A stretch of DNA of 64,000 bases from Sedimentisphaeraceae bacterium JB056 (GTDB lineage Bacteria; Planctomycetota; Phycisphaerae; Sedimentisphaerales; Sedimentisphaeraceae): NCBI GenBank assembly GCA_044440125.1, contig JBITAJ010000028.1, positions 96,001-160,000 on the forward strand, in the 5' to 3' direction. Positions within the stretch are counted from its first letter, which is position 1, and every line of letters starts with the position of its first letter. The notes beneath the pieces are model-generated. The model was not told the origin of the DNA, did not search any database, and was given only the letters and a program-made list of their open reading frames with translations. Positions 42,490-54,806 of this stretch are shown here, one piece after another. A program made the position numbers and the translations under genes.

Positions 42490-43935
42490 TCAGCCTTGCG
42501 GTTTGAGCTGAGGGAACAATATCACATCCCTGATACTTGTTGCATTTGTCAGAAGCATAATAAGTCTGTCGATACCGATACCAAGCCCGCCTGCAGGAGG
42601 CATTCCATACTTAAGGGCATTGACAAAGTCATCATCCATTGTCGCCATAGTCTCTTCCTGCCCCTTGAGCTGCTGACGGAAATTCTCTTCCTGTACCGCC
42701 GGATCGTTAAGCTCGGTGTAAGCATTACCAAGTTCCATCTTGGCAACGAAAAGTTCAAACCTCTCGGCAATCTCAGGATTATCACTCTTACGTCTTGTCA
42801 GCGGACAAAGTGGAGCCGGATAATCAATGACAAATGTCGGATTGACAAGATGGTCTTCGACCGTCTCTTCAAAGACCTCATTTATCACAACATAATCATC
42901 CATCTTCTCTTCTTTTATGCCAAGCTCACGAGCCTTGGCACGAACAGCATCAATATCATCAATATCGCAACCGCTATGTTCCTTGAGCAAATCGGCATAA
43001 GTAGCCCTTCGCCAAGGTCTGGTATAATCGATTTCCATATCACCAAACGGAAGCGTTGTTCCCTCGCAGTGCTTCTCGATAAGATCGGAGATTATCTCTT
43101 CTGCGATATCCATCATCCCGTTGTAATCCGTATAAGCCTGATAAAGCTCCATCATTGTAAATTCAGGATTGTGTCTGGTGCTGAGTCCCTCATTACGGTA
43201 GCTTCTATTTATCTCGAAAACTTTCTCGAAACCGCCAACCAGCAGCCTCTTAAGGAAAAGCTCCGGTGCAATACGCATATAAAGTTCTATATCGAGAGCA
43301 TTATGATGAGTAACGAACGGCTTAGCCGCAGCACCGCCCGCAATAGACTGCATCATGGGCGTTTCAACTTCACAGAAGCCCTTGCTTGTAAGAAGAGAAC
43401 GAATGCTGGCAACCATAGCACTTCTCTTGCGGAATCGCTCCATTACCTCAGGGTTTGCCCAAAGATCAACATATCGCTGACGATAGCGGGCATCGGTATC
43501 CTGCAGACCATGGAATTTTTCCGGCGGCTGAAGCAGAGCCTTGGAAAGGAATGTTATATTTTCACCCCAGATAGTAAGTTCACCGGTTCTTGTAAGTCCA
43601 AGCTCACCCTCAGCACAGAATATATCGCCAAGTTCGAGCTTCTTAGCGAGCGGCCACTGCTCCTCGGCAACACGCTTCTTATTGAGACCAATCTGTATCT
43701 TTCCTGTAGAATCCCGAAGTGTGATAAATATCAGCTTGCCTATGTCGCGAAGCAGAACTATTCTTCCTGCCGCCTTCGCTCTCTGTCCTTCTGCTTCTTC
43801 TACAAAACGAGCGCGAATATCGCAGCTCAATTCTATATCATCAACTCGCTTGCCGTAAGGATCAACCTCCATCTCACGAATCTGATTCAATCTTTCAAGT
43901 CGTTGCTGTTGGAGTTTATCCAATCCTTCAGTCAT
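42490..43935 (-). CDS. lysS: Lysine--tRNA ligase (class II)
   Basis: RYRQRYVDL, GGAAAKPFVTHHN, RNEG...HNPEFTMME, GMPPAGGLGIGIDRL. Confidence 0.97.
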   Translation of the reverse strand: MTEGLDKLQQQRLERLNQIREMEVDPYGKRVDDIELSCDIRARFVEEAEGQRAKAAGRIVLLRDIGKLIFITLRDSTGKIQIGLNKKRVAEEQWPLAKKLELGDIFCAEGELGLTRTGELTIWGENITFLSKALLQPPEKFHGLQDTDARYRQRYVDLWANPEVMERFRKRSAMVASIRSLLTSKGFCEVETPMMQSIAGGAAAKPFVTHHNALDIELYMRIAPELFLKRLLVGGFEKVFEINRSYRNEGLSTRHNPEFTMMELYQAYTDYNGMMDIAEEIISDLIEKHCEGTTLPFGDMEIDYTRPWRRATYADLLKEHSGCDIDDIDAVRAKARELGIKEEKMDDYVVINEVFEETVEDHLVNPTFVIDYPAPLCPLTRRKSDNPEIAERFELFVAKMELGNAYTELNDPAVQEENFRQQLKGQEETMATMDDDFVNALKYGMPPAGGLGIGIDRLIMLLTNATSIRDVILFPQLKPQG

Positions 43936-44142
43936 AATAATATCCTTATTATCAAAGGGTTATATCGAAATACAACGCTAAAGACTCTCGAATTACACAA
44001 AATATCTCGGAGAAGTCTCACGCGATGGGTTATCTTAGTACACTTTATATATATCGACTAAAAACGTCAACATTATCGTATTATACCAATTAAAACGACA
44101 GTTGCAAACATACGTATCATTTTAATTTAGCGTAATTAAAAG

Positions 44143-44174
44143 AAAAAGCCGGTATCCAACTGACACCGGCTTTT
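44143..44174. terminator. Intrinsic terminator downstream of tig
   Basis: AAAAGCCGGT...ACCGGCTTTT. Confidence 0.75.
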
Positions 44175-44237
44175 ATGTTTTAAGCAATATCAACCCACAG
44201 TAAATGCAGGCTCCGGCTCAGACCGGAAGCAATATGA

Positions 44238-45689
44238 TTATTCTTCCGTCTTTTCTGCCTCTTCAGCTTTTTTCTTAGGGGCAGCTTTTTTAGTTGCCTT
44301 CTTGGTTGTTTTCTTAGCAGCTTTCGGCTTCTCTTCACTCTTAGCTTCAGCTTTTTCTTCCTTAGCATCATCGCCGCCAAGGTTCATCTCGATGATCTTC
44401 TCTATGCACTTCTGCTCACGTGCCTGCATGGTAAACTGAGTAAGTGAACCATCACGAAGCAGTTGCTCACGCATCTTCTCTGGTCTCATCTGGCGATACA
44501 TAGCCATCTGAGCGATGTAACCGTTGATCTCTTCAGGAGCAACCTCAACCTCAAGATCCTGTGCAACCTTATCCATGATAAAGAAGCTCTTGAGATTATC
44601 CTTAGCCTCTTCCTGGCTTGCTGTCTGAAGCTCTTCTGTTTTCTTCTGGAGCTCATCGGCTTCAAGGCCTTCCATAAGAAGACGGCTGTATTGTCTCTTA
44701 ACGAGAGAATCGGTCTGCTCAGCGACAACATCTTCAGGAAGATCGAATGATGTATTGTCAAGGAGGTACTTGCGAATAGTCTCACCCATCTCGTTCTGAG
44801 CAGCGCGTTCCTTTTCATCCTCAAGCATATCTGTGATTTTTTCTCTAAGCGCTGTCTCATCATCAAGACCAAGCTTGTCAAACAGCTCATCATTGAGCTC
44901 AGCAGGCTTACGGAAAGTGATTTTCTTAACAGTTACCTTGACATCACACTTCTTACCGGCCAGATCCTTGTTGAAGAACGTCTCAGGCACTTCTGTGCTG
45001 AAGCTCTTCTCATCGCCAACCTTAGCACCAACAAGCTGATCGCCAAGATCCGCAACAGGCACCTTACCGCAGAAGCCGTCATTCTTGACAGATACATCAG
45101 TATCTTCAACCGTAATTGCTTCTTCGCCTTCAGGAGTAACAACAACGTCTGCTACCGCCATATCGCCTTCTTCAATACCGGCGTCTTCTTCTCTATCTGC
45201 CATCTCACCGAAGTTGTTAAGCAGTGACTCAAGTCTTTCCTCAATTTCCTCATCCTTAACTTCGATTGCCGGCTTCTCAAGCTTTATTGCCTTGAAGTCA
45301 GGCAGATCGAACTCAGGACGAACATTAACTTCAAACTCGAATGAGAAAGAACCGCTTTCGGGCAGTGTATGATCTTCAGGATTGATTTCCGGCTCGCCAA
45401 GTGTGTCAAGTTTATTTTCTTCAATGGCCTTTTCTGTAGCATCAGCAAGAAGCTTAAGCTTTGTCTGCTCATTGATATCCTTACCGAATCTTTTCTCAAG
45501 AAGACGGATCGGAGTACGTCCCTTTCTGAAACCAGGCAATACAGCTTCCTGACGAAGCTCTTTATACTGGTCAGCTACAACTTCCTTGATAGCATCTTCG
45601 GGTACTTCGATGCTTACTTTTTTACGGCAAGGACCTGCGTCCGCTACCTTTACTACATTTTTGATCTCATTTTTTGTTTCTTCAGCCAT
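44238..45689 (-). CDS. tig: Trigger factor
   Basis: Ribosome-binding LPGFRKGRTP, FKBP-like middle domain, K/A-rich tail; start set at ATG 45689. Confidence 0.93.
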   Translation of the reverse strand: MAEETKNEIKNVVKVADAGPCRKKVSIEVPEDAIKEVVADQYKELRQEAVLPGFRKGRTPIRLLEKRFGKDINEQTKLKLLADATEKAIEENKLDTLGEPEINPEDHTLPESGSFSFEFEVNVRPEFDLPDFKAIKLEKPAIEVKDEEIEERLESLLNNFGEMADREEDAGIEEGDMAVADVVVTPEGEEAITVEDTDVSVKNDGFCGKVPVADLGDQLVGAKVGDEKSFSTEVPETFFNKDLAGKKCDVKVTVKKITFRKPAELNDELFDKLGLDDETALREKITDMLEDEKERAAQNEMGETIRKYLLDNTSFDLPEDVVAEQTDSLVKRQYSRLLMEGLEADELQKKTEELQTASQEEAKDNLKSFFIMDKVAQDLEVEVAPEEINGYIAQMAMYRQMRPEKMREQLLRDGSLTQFTMQAREQKCIEKIIEMNLGGDDAKEEKAEAKSEEKPKAAKKTTKKATKKAAPKKKAEEAEKTEE

Positions 45690-45747
45690 TTCAATTTCCT
45701 GTTCTAAAATGATACATTTAGTAATTCCACAGGTGTTCTGAGTGCAT

Positions 45748-45780
45748 AAAAAAAAGACCGCGAAGAGAGTTCGCAGTCTT
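45748..45780 (-). terminator. Intrinsic terminator between tRNA-Gly and tig
   Basis: AAGACTGCGAA-CTCTC-TTCGCGGTCTT plus T-run. Confidence 0.75.
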
Positions 45781-45888
45781 GTATTTAACATTTCGAACAT
45801 CCCGCCGACCAGCGCCAAGCCTTTTAAGACCGATAACTCGCCGAGACTATATAAAGTTTTGTTTTTAGCTTATAAAGCTATAAAAAAG

Positions 45889-45960
45889 AGCGGGTGATGA
45901 GATTCGAACCCACGACATTCACGTTGGCAACGTGACGCTCTACCGCTGAGCTACACCCGC
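45889..45960 (-). tRNA. tRNA-Gly(GCC)
   Basis: GCGGGTGTAGCTCAGCGGTAGAGCG-TCACG-TTGCCAA-CGTGA...GGTTCGAAT...CACCCGCT. Confidence 0.95.
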
Positions 45961-46053
45961 AAATCAAAAGAGAAGGAGATTATAGAGAAAACAATTACGC
46001 TTTCAAGCATTTTTTTAACAAAAAGTCAATTTTATTGCTTATGCATCAAAATC

Positions 46054-46081
46054 GTAGAGACGCGATTAATCGCGTCTCTAC
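46054..46081. repeat. GTAG-type REP, perfect palindrome
   Basis: GTAGAGACGCGATTAATCGCGTCTCTAC. Confidence 0.8.
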
Positions 46082-46100
46082 AAATCCATTCTATAAATAC

Positions 46101-46139
46101 AGTTATATTACATACTGTCGATAATATCATTAAATATCT
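46101..46139. repeat. Direct repeat copy of the icd 3' end (attR-like)
   Basis: 38/39 identical to 47450-47488. Confidence 0.85.
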
Positions 46140-47317
46140 CAATCAAAAACATTACCACCCTGTAAGTAAGTATTCAACGGGTTAGTTATACTGACATCCT
46201 TGTAAGTTAATACCTCTTTCCCTGCATACCAAAGTTGCTTATCTACCGGTATCTCTTCACATAATGCCTGCTCAAAATTAACAAGCCCCTTAAAAAAATC
46301 AGGATGAAATGTCTTAGCCGACTTCATTTCTATAGCAGTAATAGATTTTCGTCCTGCAATCACCAAATCCACCTCATTACCATGGGAATCACGGTAAAAA
46401 TACAATTGCGAATTTAAACCTCGATTTTGTATTTGCTTAAGAGTTTCAACTACCAGCATATTTTCATAAAGATTACCTCTAAGTGGATCCCTGATAAGCT
46501 GCTGACTATCCTCAATACCCAAAAGCCAGCAAGCAAGTCCAACATCGGTAAAATATATCTTTGGCATCTTGACCAGTCTTTTGCGTATATTCCTGAAAAA
46601 TGGCGGAAGTTCAAAAATAAGATAAGACGCCTTCAATACAGATATCCAATCTTTTATAGTAACAGAAGAAACGCCAACATCACCGGCAAGTGAATTATAA
46701 TTCATCAACTGACCAACTCTACCGGCCAGAAGTCGCATAAACTCATGAAAACGCTTTAGATCTTTTAGATTAATCAGTTCACGAATATCTCTTTCTACAT
46801 AAGTGGCAAAATATGACGCATAGAATCTTGATGGTCTGAGTTCATTCTCATGCAAACGTGGATAAAACCCCTTGAATATCAGCTCATATGGCAAATCATA
46901 ATTTCTTTTGTATTGTGCAAGCTCTTCAACAGAAAAAGGAAGCAGCTCAAGAACCGCTGTTCTGCCAGCCAATGATTGACTTACCGATTGTTGAATTCTT
47001 GGTTGATGACTCCCGGTAAGTATGAACCTGCCTTCAACCGGATTCTCATCAATGACACCCTGAAGATAACTAAGTAATTCCGGTACCCTCTGAATCTCAT
47101 CGAATATTACACCTCCCTCAAAACCCTCTACAAGCCCGCGAGGGTCTTCGGAAGCATACCTCCTGTGATCAACATCCTCAAGTGAATAATATTGATGATC
47201 AGGAAAGGCTAAACGCGCAAGAGTTGTTTTACCTGACTGCCTGGGACCAAAGATTGTAACAGCCGGATACTCTTTCGCACATTGAAGTAATTCTTTTTCA
47301 ATAGTCCTGCTAATCAT
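46139..47317 (-). CDS. AAA+ ATPase (AAA_14 plus DUF4143; C-terminal PD-(D/E)xK-like region)
   Basis: GPRQSGKTT, IFDEIQ, LTGS, TYVERD, PKIYFTDVGL, YENML, FYRDSHGNEVD...IEMKS. Confidence 0.9.
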   Translation of the reverse strand: MISRTIEKELLQCAKEYPAVTIFGPRQSGKTTLARLAFPDHQYYSLEDVDHRRYASEDPRGLVEGFEGGVIFDEIQRVPELLSYLQGVIDENPVEGRFILTGSHQPRIQQSVSQSLAGRTAVLELLPFSVEELAQYKRNYDLPYELIFKGFYPRLHENELRPSRFYASYFATYVERDIRELINLKDLKRFHEFMRLLAGRVGQLMNYNSLAGDVGVSSVTIKDWISVLKASYLIFELPPFFRNIRKRLVKMPKIYFTDVGLACWLLGIEDSQQLIRDPLRGNLYENMLVVETLKQIQNRGLNSQLYFYRDSHGNEVDLVIAGRKSITAIEMKSAKTFHPDFFKGLVNFEQALCEEIPVDKQLWYAGKEVLTYKDVSITNPLNTYLQGGNVFD

Positions 47318-47331
47318 AAGATTATTATACC

Positions 47332-47368
47332 TTGTGTAATTTTAAAGTTCAACTTTAAAATTACACAA
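47332..47368. promoter_or_regulatory. Perfect 37-bp palindrome overlapping the -35 of the ATPase promoter (TTGAAC-17-TATAAT)
   Basis: TTGTGTAATTTTAAAGTT-C-AACTTTAAAATTACACAA. Confidence 0.7.
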
Positions 47369-47449
47369 AAAAACAGTGGTTAACAAAACCGAGAAAAATC
47401 CCGTTTTTGCTAACCACTAAACTCAAATGTAAAGCTATTATATTAAAGT

Positions 47450-49697
<2,248 letters not shown>

Positions 49698-49966
49698 TTA
49701 AGATTGATTAATGATTCAGGGGGTACAAATCGCAGTTTTCTATCAGCCTCAAGAATCTATTGTTCGTATTGCCGATATAAATGCTTAATTAAACGAGAGA
49801 TATATACTAATGTTCTTAACCCGTTTGTCAACAAAAATCCGAACACCTCTAATCATAACAAAATTAAAATAAACCGCTAATTTCATATAAACACAGCAAG
49901 CATATCATCAGCCCGTTTTGTGTAATCAGAATTTGACAAGGTTAAAACACAGCAAGAAAATAGCGG

Positions 49967-51691
49967 ATGAAAATAGGCCATAGAATCACAATAATAATAT
50001 GCAGCACTTTTTTGCTCATTTTGTTACTTGGTATAACCGCTCAGAGATATATTGTAGCACCCGGCTTTGAAGAAATTGAACGGTGGTTTATAAAAAATGA
50101 AGTCGGCTGGATAGACGACCTCATAAATCGTGAAACGCAAAGAATAACAGAGCTTTGTACTGACTGGTCAGTAAACGACAACACATATAATTACGCCTTT
50201 TGTATTGATGAAGAGTTCTCAAAAAACAATCTTCAACCTGATACTTTCAGGTATAATTCCCTCAATTTCATTGCTATTGTCGGGAATTATGGAAATGTAA
50301 TATATTCAGAAAGTTACGACTTTAAAGCTAAGAAATTCATCGCTCCAATATTTGAAGATTTCAAGGACAACATAATTTCCTCTGACTCACCATTACTTGC
50401 AACCTCTACACTCAAAAAAACATCCGGAATAGCGGAAAGCTCACATGGTCCGGTTTTTATTGCCGCACATCCCATAACGAGGAAAGACAACTCCAACTCT
50501 GTAGGAGGGGTTGTTATAATGGCCCGAATACTTGATCAAGATTTCTTAGGCGACATCTTCTCAAAAGGCGGAAGTTCGCTTAAAATAGTAGAGAAACAGC
50601 AAACCGACTGCCATTGCGACCCTGGAACTGACACATATATCACAAACTACTCTAACGGCAGCTACTCCGTTTGCAAATATATCGACACCGTCTATGGCCA
50701 GACCAACTACGTACTACAGTTGATAACTCCAAATTTCATCGGAAGACATAACGAAAAATATAATCTCATAATGACTGTAAGTACTCTGATTTTGGGATTG
50801 GGCGGTTTAGGGATAACCCTCACAATCATCATGAGGGTGGTTGTAAGACCAATAAAAAATCTGGAAAGCCAAATTAAAGGCATGGCAGAAAAAAAGACCT
50901 TGGAAGTTATACCAACAAAAAAATCACAGGACGAAATAAGCTCACTTGCAAGAGAATTCAATACAATGGTAACACGCATTAAAGAAGATGAAAGAATACG
51001 CAGCCAGATCGCACGAAAACTTCAGGAATCAAACTCCGAATTACAACGATTCGCATACTCAGTATCCCACGATTTGAAAGAACCGCTGCGTACAATCACA
51101 TCATACCTGCAGTTAATAGAACTCACCGCAGTAATAAAAGATGAAACCAAGCAATATATAAATTTCGTAGTTGATGCATCAAAACGAATGTATACCATGA
51201 TAGAAGACCTGCTTGCATACTCAAGAAGCAACTCACTTGACTACCCGATTCAAGACTGCAGCTTATCTGTAATAGCAAAAGACATCATAAAAGAACTTCA
51301 TCTGATAATAGATGAAACTAATGCGGTAATCACGATATCAGAACTCCCGACAATCAAAGGCTACTGTCCATTGCTCAAACAGATATTCAGAAATCTAATA
51401 ACTAATGCTCTTAAATATCGAAAAGAAAATATTAATCCTCAAATACGTATAGGCTTCACCGAAAATGAAGAAGAATATATCTTCAGCATAAAAGATAATG
51501 GCAAGGGTATAGACAAAGAATATCAGGATAAAATTTTCGAGATGTTCCAAAGACTGGAAAACACGAAATCAAAAGGCAGCGGGCTTGGACTCTCAATCTG
51601 CAAAAAAGTTGCTCAACGTCACGGCGGAAGGATATGGGTTGAATCACAGATCAATCAAGGCTCAACCTTCTTTTTCACCATAGCAAAATAA
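49967..51691 (+). CDS. Membrane sensor histidine kinase (CHASE4, HAMP, HisKA, HATPase_c)
   Basis: DWSVNDNTYNY (CHASE4), FAYSVSHDLKEPL, NLITNALKY, GSGLGL. Confidence 0.9.
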   Translation: MKIGHRITIIICSTFLLILLLGITAQRYIVAPGFEEIERWFIKNEVGWIDDLINRETQRITELCTDWSVNDNTYNYAFCIDEEFSKNNLQPDTFRYNSLNFIAIVGNYGNVIYSESYDFKAKKFIAPIFEDFKDNIISSDSPLLATSTLKKTSGIAESSHGPVFIAAHPITRKDNSNSVGGVVIMARILDQDFLGDIFSKGGSSLKIVEKQQTDCHCDPGTDTYITNYSNGSYSVCKYIDTVYGQTNYVLQLITPNFIGRHNEKYNLIMTVSTLILGLGGLGITLTIIMRVVVRPIKNLESQIKGMAEKKTLEVIPTKKSQDEISSLAREFNTMVTRIKEDERIRSQIARKLQESNSELQRFAYSVSHDLKEPLRTITSYLQLIELTAVIKDETKQYINFVVDASKRMYTMIEDLLAYSRSNSLDYPIQDCSLSVIAKDIIKELHLIIDETNAVITISELPTIKGYCPLLKQIFRNLITNALKYRKENINPQIRIGFTENEEEYIFSIKDNGKGIDKEYQDKIFEMFQRLENTKSKGSGLGLSICKKVAQRHGGRIWVESQINQGSTFFFTIAK

Positions 51692-51802
51692 ATACTCAAA
51701 TTCCATCCCGACAATTAACTCTTGACTATATGTACCCAAAGGTGTAATATCAATATATTCGCAAGGGAGAAATATGTTGATTATAATTATTAGGGATGGT
51801 TT

Positions 51803-52954
51803 ATGGTAAAAGAGGCTAATTCACCCGACGTTGTAAAATGGCTGTGTCTAACACGTGCCGAGGGAGTCGGTCCAGTAACGTTCAAACGGCTTTTGAAACA
51901 CTTCAAAAGCATTGATGCGATACTTGGCTCTTCATCAACTGCTCTTTCAAAAGTTAAAGGCATCGGTCCTGCCACTGCGGAAAAAATCCTGCGCTCGCTT
52001 GGAACCTTTGACATAGAAAAAGAACTCGAGCTTGCCGCAAAGAATAATGTGTGGCTGCTTCATTATCTTGACAAACGCTACCCCGCGCCGCTTCGCCAGC
52101 AGGTTGCATGCCCGCCTGTTCTTTATGTCCGCGGCACACTCAAGAAAAGCGATAATCTTGCCGTTGCAATAGTCGGCTCACGAAGATGCAGTATCTACGG
52201 CAAAGAACAGGCGTCAAGATTCGCCTACGGATTGGCATCCTCATCAATAACAATCGTAAGCGGAATGGCAAGAGGCATCGACACTGCCGCTCATCAGGGA
52301 GCACTCAACGCAGGCGGCAGAACAATAGCAGTGCTTGGCTGCGGACTCTCAAATGTGTACCCGCCTGAAAACAAGCGACTCCACGACGATATCGCCCAAA
52401 GCGGCGCAGTGATAAGCGAACTGCCTATGCAAGTCGAACCCAAACCCGAAAATTTCCCCGCAAGAAATCGAATCATAGCCGCACTTGCCATGGCCTCGAT
52501 CATCGCAGAAGCCGGCTACGGCTCAGGCGCCATGATAACCGCTAAATATGCTCTCGAAATGGATAGAGAAGTGATGGCGATTCCCGGCCGTATAGATTCT
52601 CCAATGGCAAAGGGACCGAACTCGCTCATAAAGCAGGGAGCAAAATTGATCGAGGATATCGCCGATGTTATGGATGAGCTTGGAAGTATCGGCAGCCAGA
52701 TCAAAGATGTAGTAGTTGACGAATCCCAAAAAGCCCAGAGCAAAAAAGAAGCACCGCTGTTTGACATCTCGACTGTTAAACTGAGCGAAGATGAAAAAAC
52801 TGTATACGACAATCTCTCAAAACAGGAAATTCACTGCGACACAATAATCGAAACAACAGGACTTGGAGCAGGCAAAGTAAACGCATCACTCATGGCACTA
52901 AGACTGAAAGGGTTGATAAAACAACTCCCAGGAAATTTCTTCAAAAAGAGATAA
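51803..52954 (+). CDS. dprA: DNA processing protein DprA
   Basis: VAIVGSR, IVSGMARGIDTAAH, FPARNRII, C-terminal wHTH. Confidence 0.95.
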   Translation: MVKEANSPDVVKWLCLTRAEGVGPVTFKRLLKHFKSIDAILGSSSTALSKVKGIGPATAEKILRSLGTFDIEKELELAAKNNVWLLHYLDKRYPAPLRQQVACPPVLYVRGTLKKSDNLAVAIVGSRRCSIYGKEQASRFAYGLASSSITIVSGMARGIDTAAHQGALNAGGRTIAVLGCGLSNVYPPENKRLHDDIAQSGAVISELPMQVEPKPENFPARNRIIAALAMASIIAEAGYGSGAMITAKYALEMDREVMAIPGRIDSPMAKGPNSLIKQGAKLIEDIADVMDELGSIGSQIKDVVVDESQKAQSKKEAPLFDISTVKLSEDEKTVYDNLSKQEIHCDTIIETTGLGAGKVNASLMALRLKGLIKQLPGNFFKKR

Positions 52955-52967
52955 TAATCGCTGCAAT

Positions 52968-53552
52968 CTAATCTGTCATGCCTGTGTTTATAAATCTAAA
53001 CCAGCTCCCCCAGGAGACTACAAAATACATACAGAATGATATATTCAAAATAATAAGTATTCGAACAATCAGAAAAAGAAATAGCTTTTTTGTCTTACTG
53101 TACCGTGAAGGATTCTCAACATCTCTTCTGAGAAAATTTCGAATTTCATAAACACCAAGAATTAATACCATATACTCAATGATTGGAACAGAAGAAAGAT
53201 TTGAATCGATACCCTCAAGCCGCATCTGAAATACACCTTCATTAACGACCAGCGAGATAACTGCAGCAGGAATCAAAAGCCAAGAAAAAATCCGCACGAC
53301 AATAAAGGTCTTTTTCGTTGACAAAGACTTATCAGACAACTCATTCAAAATCGTCCACAAAACAAGAATTGAAACCACTAAAACAAACAGCGTCGCCTTA
53401 AACTCTTCATGTTTCGGATCATCCAATATTGGCTTTAAACCAAAACAGTAAAGACCTATCATCCACGGCAAAATACTAAGCAGATTAACTCCGCCTACCT
53501 CAAAAATCGACCTTGTTTCTAATTTAGAAATTTCAATCGGCTCATAACCCAT
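52968..53552 (-). CDS. Hypothetical membrane protein (about 5 TM)
   Basis: Multiple hydrophobic segments. Confidence 0.65.
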   Translation of the reverse strand: MGYEPIEISKLETRSIFEVGGVNLLSILPWMIGLYCFGLKPILDDPKHEEFKATLFVLVVSILVLWTILNELSDKSLSTKKTFIVVRIFSWLLIPAAVISLVVNEGVFQMRLEGIDSNLSSVPIIEYMVLILGVYEIRNFLRRDVENPSRYSKTKKLFLFLIVRILIILNISFCMYFVVSWGSWFRFINTGMTD

Positions 53553-53732
53553 TAGTTATACCCTTACTGCCTAAAACTAAATCCAATCCCATAACACAAA
53601 CATAATTAAATCCGCCGAACGTTGAAGACATCGCTCCCTGCAATCAATCTAATCCTCTTTAAGAACTTCCTATCTTCATGGTAAATACAAAAATAGCGTC
53701 CTTGCGTTTAAAAAACATCAATAGACTCATAC

Positions 53733-54515
53733 TCAAAACTCCGGCATCTCGACTGCCTTCGACTGACTTGCTACAAAAATTTCAAATGTTAAATCTGCCG
53801 CCAGTCTTCCTTCACTTAGTATCTGCTTATGAGTTTCCAGTGCCTTATCGTAGGTGTTATTATTCTCCGAGATATGCGAAAGACACACCCACCTCAGGGA
53901 CGTTCCCGAATGCTCTTTCACAAGCATCGCCGCCTGTTCATTTGAGATATGCCCGCCATTGCCGCTAATTCGATTCTGAAGGCTCCGAGGATAAATCCCA
54001 TTTTCCAGCATGTAAGGGTCATAGTTGCTCTCAAGCATAACCGCATCAAGGCCGCCGATTATCTCCGGCAGCCCTTCAAACACATACCCAAGATCAGTCA
54101 GAATACCAAGCCGCTTGCCGCCTGACTCAACAATAAACACCGAAGGCTCAACCCCATCGTGCGGCGTAGCGACAGTCGTTATTGTCGTAGCTCCCATCAC
54201 AATCTTTTCACCCGGCGTAAAATGACGAAGAATCTGAGTCTCGCCAAGCATATGCTTTTTACACGCAAACGTCTTCTCGCTCACAACCAGCTTATGCTTA
54301 AACTTACGGCTAAAAATCCCCGCACTGCGAATATGATCGCCATGGTCGTGCGAAACAAACACCGCGTCAACATCCCTTATATCACGCCCAAACTCAGCCA
54401 GCCGGCTCTGAGCCTTTACGCCGCTTATACCGGCATCAAAAAGCAAACGCAAATCCGCCGTCTCAACATATATACAGTTACCTTTGCTGCCGGATTGTAA
54501 TGATATTACCTTCAA
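53733..54515 (-). CDS. MBL-fold metallo-hydrolase (YycJ/WalJ/PhnP-like)
   Basis: SGSKGN, SHDHGDH, HD, TDLG, ESNYD, GHISN, HISENNN. Confidence 0.9.
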   Translation of the reverse strand: MKVISLQSGSKGNCIYVETADLRLLFDAGISGVKAQSRLAEFGRDIRDVDAVFVSHDHGDHIRSAGIFSRKFKHKLVVSEKTFACKKHMLGETQILRHFTPGEKIVMGATTITTVATPHDGVEPSVFIVESGGKRLGILTDLGYVFEGLPEIIGGLDAVMLESNYDPYMLENGIYPRSLQNRISGNGGHISNEQAAMLVKEHSGTSLRWVCLSHISENNNTYDKALETHKQILSEGRLAADLTFEIFVASQSKAVEMPEF

Positions 54516-54607
54516 TAATCTTCCCGATTAAGCTTAAAATATGTAAAATAAATCAAAATAACGCCAAACCAGAAGTATATCACTAAAACAAAAAAAGAGC
54601 AACAATC

Positions 54608-54646
54608 TTTGGAGTGCTGAGCCAAACAAAGTGCGGCTCCGCTTTG
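54608..54646 (+). repeat. Possible REP-like element
   Basis: TGGAGTGC-GAGCC...GGCTCCGCTTT hairpin in an intergenic region. Confidence 0.35.
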
Positions 54647-54806
54647 AAATCCCCCACCGCTTAATTGCTGATAGCCTTAAAAGAGCATAATAAATACATA
54701 GACTATTGTTTTTTTGCCGTATATCATTATCCTTTCAGTATAGTAGAGCCTGATTTCATAATTAAAGTTTGATTGTGGGCGATTATTGCAAAACTTATTG
54801 GGTTTA

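Noticed and set aside
42496..44061. 521-aa ORF antisense to lysS
   Set aside because: In-register shadow of a highly expressed gene; no recognisable motifs or RBS; explained by codon bias that avoids TTA/CTA/TCA.
44205..44232. Possible SRP RNA
   Set aside because: Lacks the conserved domain IV internal loop and GNRA arrangement.
53555..53730. Possible small ORF or gene remnant between the membrane protein and the MBL hydrolase
   Set aside because: Only short frames without a recognisable family or convincing RBS.
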